NCBI GenBank assembly: GCA_001772865.1
Contig: MEVD01000003.1
Span: 62,812-126,811, forward strand
DNA length: 64,000 bases
Direction: 5' to 3'
DNA from: a candidate division WWE3 bacterium RIFCSPHIGHO2_02_FULL_38_14
GTDB lineage: Bacteria; Patescibacteriota; WWE3; UBA101185; UBA10185
In this document: in pieces, positions 61,607 to 64,000 of the stretch
How positions within the stretch are numbered: the stretch's first letter is position 1
Layout of the letters: each line of letters begins with the position of its first letter
Notes under the pieces: model-generated
What the model was told of the DNA's origin: nothing
Seen by the model: only the letters and a program-made list of their open reading frames with translations
Databases searched by the model: none
Position numbers and translations under genes: made by a program

Positions 61607-63785
61607 CTCTAATAACAAAAACTTGGCATTTTTAATATTAGCATTTTTACTTGGAATGGCGTTAACTCTGCCTGTATTTACAAAAGTTCCACCACATGCA
61701 GACGAACATCAGTTTTATTTTAATGCGTTCAGTATTATGGGTGGAGAAGCCCTTCATAATTATGTTCATGTAGCTTTCACTGAATATCTGCTGGCTGCTT
61801 TTTTTACGGTAGTTAATATGTTTACAGTTTCAGGTGTTAATTTTCCACAGGCCGGTCCAACTATGGTAACGGTTTATTTTGCCAGATATTTTGGATTGAT
61901 GCTTTATATTTTGGCATTTATTTTCTGCGTTATTGTACTCCAAAAAGGAGAAAGGAAAATTAAGCTTAGAAGCGTTATTTTTACTTTTTTATATTTCGGT
62001 TCAATCGGAGTGTTTGAAAGGTTTTTCAGAGTTAATTCCGATTCAATGCTAGTTCTAATATTTCTGAATTATCTGATACTTTCATTTTGGTTTCATAAGA
62101 AAAAGGCTTCTGTTTTTAAGTTTTTTATTCTGAACTTGGTATTTTTATTTATTGCTACTTTTACAAATCTGAAATCACTTTATTTAATATTTCCAATGTT
62201 CATTCTTAATGTGGTTTGTCCTTTCTTTTTCTATAACAGAACTGAAAAACCCGTTGAAAATGGAATAAACTTGGGAAGAAACCTACCGAAAATATACCTT
62301 CTGATTTTCTACTTTGTCGGGCTCATCTTGGGAGTAATAGTCTTATGGACGGTATTTATTCCGCAGCCTCACAATACCAGAAATTTCTGGTATTCAGTCA
62401 AAAAGACTATTGTTCATGGTACTCAGTTTGATTTCGATTTTCCTGGGCAGTCATATGGAAGCTGGAAAGTATATATTTACGACCTGTTTTCAGAATATAC
62501 AGGATTTGGCGTCTTATTGGCACTTATATTATTATTTTTTGTTTATAGACGGATCGGTAAATTAAGGATTCAGCAAATATTTGATGCAATAAAGGAACAA
62601 GTTGGTTTTCATATTCTGAGTAGTGGCGAATTAATAAAATCGACCGAATTAATTCTATTATTAAGTCTTTTTGCATACTACATAGGTGTGTCTATGGCGG
62701 TCGTACACTGGTCCAGATGGGGAATACCGTTGGGAATCATTACATTAATGCTTTTTTCAGTATGGGGAGAGTATTTTTTGGAAAGAATTTTTGTAAACTA
62801 TAAATCAGCAAATCTGCCTTTAGCCAGAATTATAGTCGTTCTTCTTTTTTTAACTTTGGTGTTAAGAGTTGCCATGACAATAGATATTTACAAAACAAAT
62901 TATCCGGAATTGGATGGATGGAAACAGACATATAAGGATGTAGAAAAGTATTTAGAACAAGAAAATATACCACCCGCTGACTGGATGAAATATGCCACAT
63001 GGTTTACAGGTTATACACAAAATATAAAAACTATGTCGCTTGAGCAGATTGCCAATGTGGAAAATTCAGATATAAAATATGTTTTTGTTCCCTATTGGAA
63101 TATCGGATTTTTGCATACTAATAAGAATATTGACTTAGGTACCCACAACCAGAGAGCTATTATAGACAAATACGCGGAAAGCATTATATATAGAACTCCG
63201 TCATTAACTTCCAGTTATAGTCATATTTCAAAATTTATAGCCTGGAGAGTTTTCGGTCTGTCATATACCCCTGAATTTGAGGGGATGACGGAACCGCAAT
63301 ATGCTATTGTTAAGCTCAAGGAAAATCCCGGTGAAATAAATCTGAATTATGAAGTGGGATTTAACGATATGTCTCATTACGACTCCCCATATTCCTTGAT
63401 TTTTAACATGAAAAATCTTACTGATAGCTATATGTTTGCGCCGTGCTATTCATTTCCGGATACTGTTGATGAAAAAGAGGGGAAATCGGTACTGCCTCCA
63501 AAAGAATTCGGCATAGGTGGAAGAACTTCAGGATTATACTGTCATAGCATAAGGTTCAGGCTTTTGTTTAAAGGAAGTTATCGAATACGAGTAGAGAACT
63601 TGCCTGATGATTCTGATGGGCTGCAAAGGGTGTATTCAAATATGGCTGGATATAAATGGGACTCTGAAACAGATACTCTATCATTTGAGAATCCTACAAC
63701 AATGATTCCGGGTGAATTCGGAGTTGCCACTAAGGAAAAGTATCTTCCTGACCTGAAATTCCGGGTTTTTTATAAGCATGATTGA
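61599..63785 (+). CDS. large membrane protein, polytopic N-terminus plus soluble C-terminal domain (possible GT-C)
   Basis: 728 aa. At least 10 TM helices in the first 420 aa, then a hydrophilic domain. Confidence 0.4.
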   Translation: MDNSNNKNLAFLILAFLLGMALTLPVFTKVPPHADEHQFYFNAFSIMGGEALHNYVHVAFTEYLLAAFFTVVNMFTVSGVNFPQAGPTMVTVYFARYFGLMLYILAFIFCVIVLQKGERKIKLRSVIFTFLYFGSIGVFERFFRVNSDSMLVLIFLNYLILSFWFHKKKASVFKFFILNLVFLFIATFTNLKSLYLIFPMFILNVVCPFFFYNRTEKPVENGINLGRNLPKIYLLIFYFVGLILGVIVLWTVFIPQPHNTRNFWYSVKKTIVHGTQFDFDFPGQSYGSWKVYIYDLFSEYTGFGVLLALILLFFVYRRIGKLRIQQIFDAIKEQVGFHILSSGELIKSTELILLLSLFAYYIGVSMAVVHWSRWGIPLGIITLMLFSVWGEYFLERIFVNYKSANLPLARIIVVLLFLTLVLRVAMTIDIYKTNYPELDGWKQTYKDVEKYLEQENIPPADWMKYATWFTGYTQNIKTMSLEQIANVENSDIKYVFVPYWNIGFLHTNKNIDLGTHNQRAIIDKYAESIIYRTPSLTSSYSHISKFIAWRVFGLSYTPEFEGMTEPQYAIVKLKENPGEINLNYEVGFNDMSHYDSPYSLIFNMKNLTDSYMFAPCYSFPDTVDEKEGKSVLPPKEFGIGGRTSGLYCHSIRFRLLFKGSYRIRVENLPDDSDGLQRVYSNMAGYKWDSETDTLSFENPTTMIPGEFGVATKEKYLPDLKFRVFYKHD

Positions 63786-63832
63786 TATGTATAATTAATT
63801 TAAACGCAGGTTTCATTTTTTACGGAGGTATT

Positions 63833-64000
63833 ATGAAATATTTTATAACTGGTGCTTCGGGTATGCTGGGAACAACCTTGTACAAATTATTTACAAAGGC
63901 TGGTCATCAGGTAGTTTCTACTGATTTAAATCCTTTAGATAAGTGGACTATTAAATTAGACGTTCGTGATAAAGATAAAGTTCACTCGATGATAAAAGAA
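63833..64000 (+). CDS. NAD(P)-dependent sugar-nucleotide reductase (RmlD-like extended SDR), 5' partial at window end
   Basis: MKYFITGASGMLG Rossmann motif. Sits downstream of the CDP-dideoxyhexose genes; truncated by the window edge. Confidence 0.5.
   Translation, partial: MKYFITGASGMLGTTLYKLFTKAGHQVVSTDLNPLDKWTIKLDVRDKDKVHSMIKE

Noticed and set aside
1-64000. CRISPR arrays, tRNA or rRNA genes
   Set aside because: No regularly spaced direct repeats, no GGTTCGAATCC-type T-arm in cloverleaf context, and no conserved 16S/23S blocks were found on either strand.

Overview
AT-rich, almost entirely plus-strand window with compact gene packing. Overall it resembles a reduced genome, possibly of Candidate Phyla Radiation (Patescibacteria) type, but this is inference from gene content only.

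Bases 1-23.8 kb are a conserved translation/transcription backbone: lepB, rpoB-rpoC, rpsL-rpsG-fusA-tuf, then an S10-spc block running rpsJ through rplO, secY, a YbaB-like gene, adk and map. There is no rpmD (L30) gene between rpsE and rplO. L3 is unusually short (142 aa). A 295-nt spacer with an intrinsic terminator separates rpsJ from rplC. The block stops at map with no infA/rpmJ/rpsM/rpsK/rpsD/rpoA/rplQ.

Bases 23.8-64 kb are a large accessory glycan/glycosylation island. It holds at least seven GT2 enzymes of polyprenyl-phosphate-sugar-synthase type (one fused to a GtrA domain), three GT4 enzymes, four ArnT/PMT-like GT-C membrane transferases (two are clear paralogs) and three further large polytopic membrane proteins. 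It also holds two Wzx-like flippases, methyltransferases, a ferredoxin, a B12-binding radical SAM enzyme with Cx4Cx2C spacing, a decayed ugd remnant, and a CDP-3,6-dideoxyhexose module (rfbF-like, rfbG-like, rfbH/ddhC-like plus a partial downstream reductase).

The most anomalous locus is a GC-rich island of about 830 bp at 49.19-50.03 kb. It looks like a complete transcription unit: candidate promoter, strong Shine-Dalgarno, GTG start, rho-independent terminator. Its 257-codon reading frame is interrupted only by two in-frame TGA codons. The host clearly uses TGA as a stop elsewhere.

No rRNA, tRNA or CRISPR array could be supported.
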